A DNA stretch of 64,000 bases from Podarcis gaigeae (taxonomy: Eukaryota), in NCBI GenBank assembly GCA_964106915.2, contig OZ066919.1, one strand, 5' to 3'. Below the pieces are notes generated by a model. The model was given only the letters and a program-made list of their open reading frames with translations, was not told where the DNA came from and did not search any database. Shown piece after piece: positions 63,151-64,000 of the stretch (the first letter of the stretch is position 1; each line of letters opens with the position of its first letter). A program made the translations under genes and the position numbers.

Positions 63151-64000
63151 TTTATCTGGACTGCTAGCGTGGATTAGGGTGAATTTTATGCTGGTGCCTT
63201 TTTCAATTTTTAAAATTTGTATTGCAGCTTTCCCCGAAGGAGATAAAGGTGGCGTACAAGGTCCTCCCCACCATCTTATCCTCAAAACAATCCTGCAAGG
63301 TAGGTCAGACTGAAATTTAGTGACTGGCACAAGATCACCTGGTTAGTCCACAAAAAGCTTATGACATAATAACATTTGGTTGTCTTTAAGGTGCCACAAA
63401 ACCTCTTGTTCCATTTGTTGGTTTAAAATATTCCTATGTTGCCTTTCCAAGGCAGAAGGTGGCTTTCAGGAAATAAGATGAAAACATACTTATTAAATCT
63501 TACAGACACTACCATTGCTTCTTCTGAAAAATCTTAGAGTAGATGGCAGGACCAAATGCCAGGCCATAAAGATCAGCCTTACAAGCTGCCTTGAGAGCCA
63601 GCAAGCGGGAACTACAATCATCTATGTGGGAGATCATTCCATAGCCTCAGGGCAGTTGATGTAAAGGCCTTGTATCCAGCTACAAGAGTTCCCACACTCT
63701 ACGTCCACAGACACAGACCTGGAACATGAAGCCTTTCCAAGTGCAGGGCACAATACTGAAACGCTCTTGGGCAGAGCATCAGCACCCCATAATTGTTGTT
63801 GGTGTTGGTGTTGGTGGTGATAGTACCCCATCCCTCCAGCCACTTCCCCCTTATCCAGTGCCTTTGGGCATCTCTCATGCTGTTTCTGTGCCAAAATCTA
63901 CCCTTCTCCTGAGCTCTGTGCAAGACATGGAGATTTCAGGTGGGTGTCACCAAACGTGGAGCGGCTGTAGACTTTGGTAATCTGGTAGGGGGAAACTTCT

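Noticed and set aside
63350-63415. Penelope-like element terminus
   Set aside because: Only about 60 bp of remembered similarity; too short to support without a search.
7606-64000. The many 60-196 aa ORFs in the supplied track as genes
   Set aside because: This is intron/intergenic vertebrate DNA. Many ORFs use non-ATG starts, none has a recognisable domain except the LINE-derived ones, and I found no consistent exon chain.
7606-64000. PTPRF exons or promoter
   Set aside because: There is no second CpG island and no signal-peptide or Ig-domain coding sequence that I could recognise. If synteny holds, the gene starts beyond the window. Non-coding exons cannot be excluded.

Overview
This is eukaryotic vertebrate DNA, not prokaryotic. 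The repeat content (Sauria SINEs, tRNA-derived SINEs, L2/CR1 fragments, palindromic MITEs) points to a squamate reptile, most likely a lacertid lizard (inference). One protein-coding gene is supported: a complete 8-exon HYI (hydroxypyruvate isomerase) on the minus strand. I spliced it by hand: CDS 7125->1054, 831 nt, 276 aa, starting in a CpG island. Intron 7 has a GC donor and a NAGNAG acceptor. The first ~330 bp look like the polyadenylation end of a convergent plus-strand gene, which would be SZT2 by human synteny. The remaining ~56 kb is gene-poor (toward PTPRF in human synteny). It holds transposon fragments, microsatellites and several homeodomain/POU-motif-dense blocks that may be enhancers. 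Nearly all ORFs in the supplied track are spurious. I found no convincing new biological system. The most unusual observations are hAT-like MITEs repeatedly hitting the same 8-bp target, including the same site inside two SINE copies, and an LTR-like element carrying an acidic Trp-rich ORF. Repeat family names come from my recall of consensus sequences, not from a database search.
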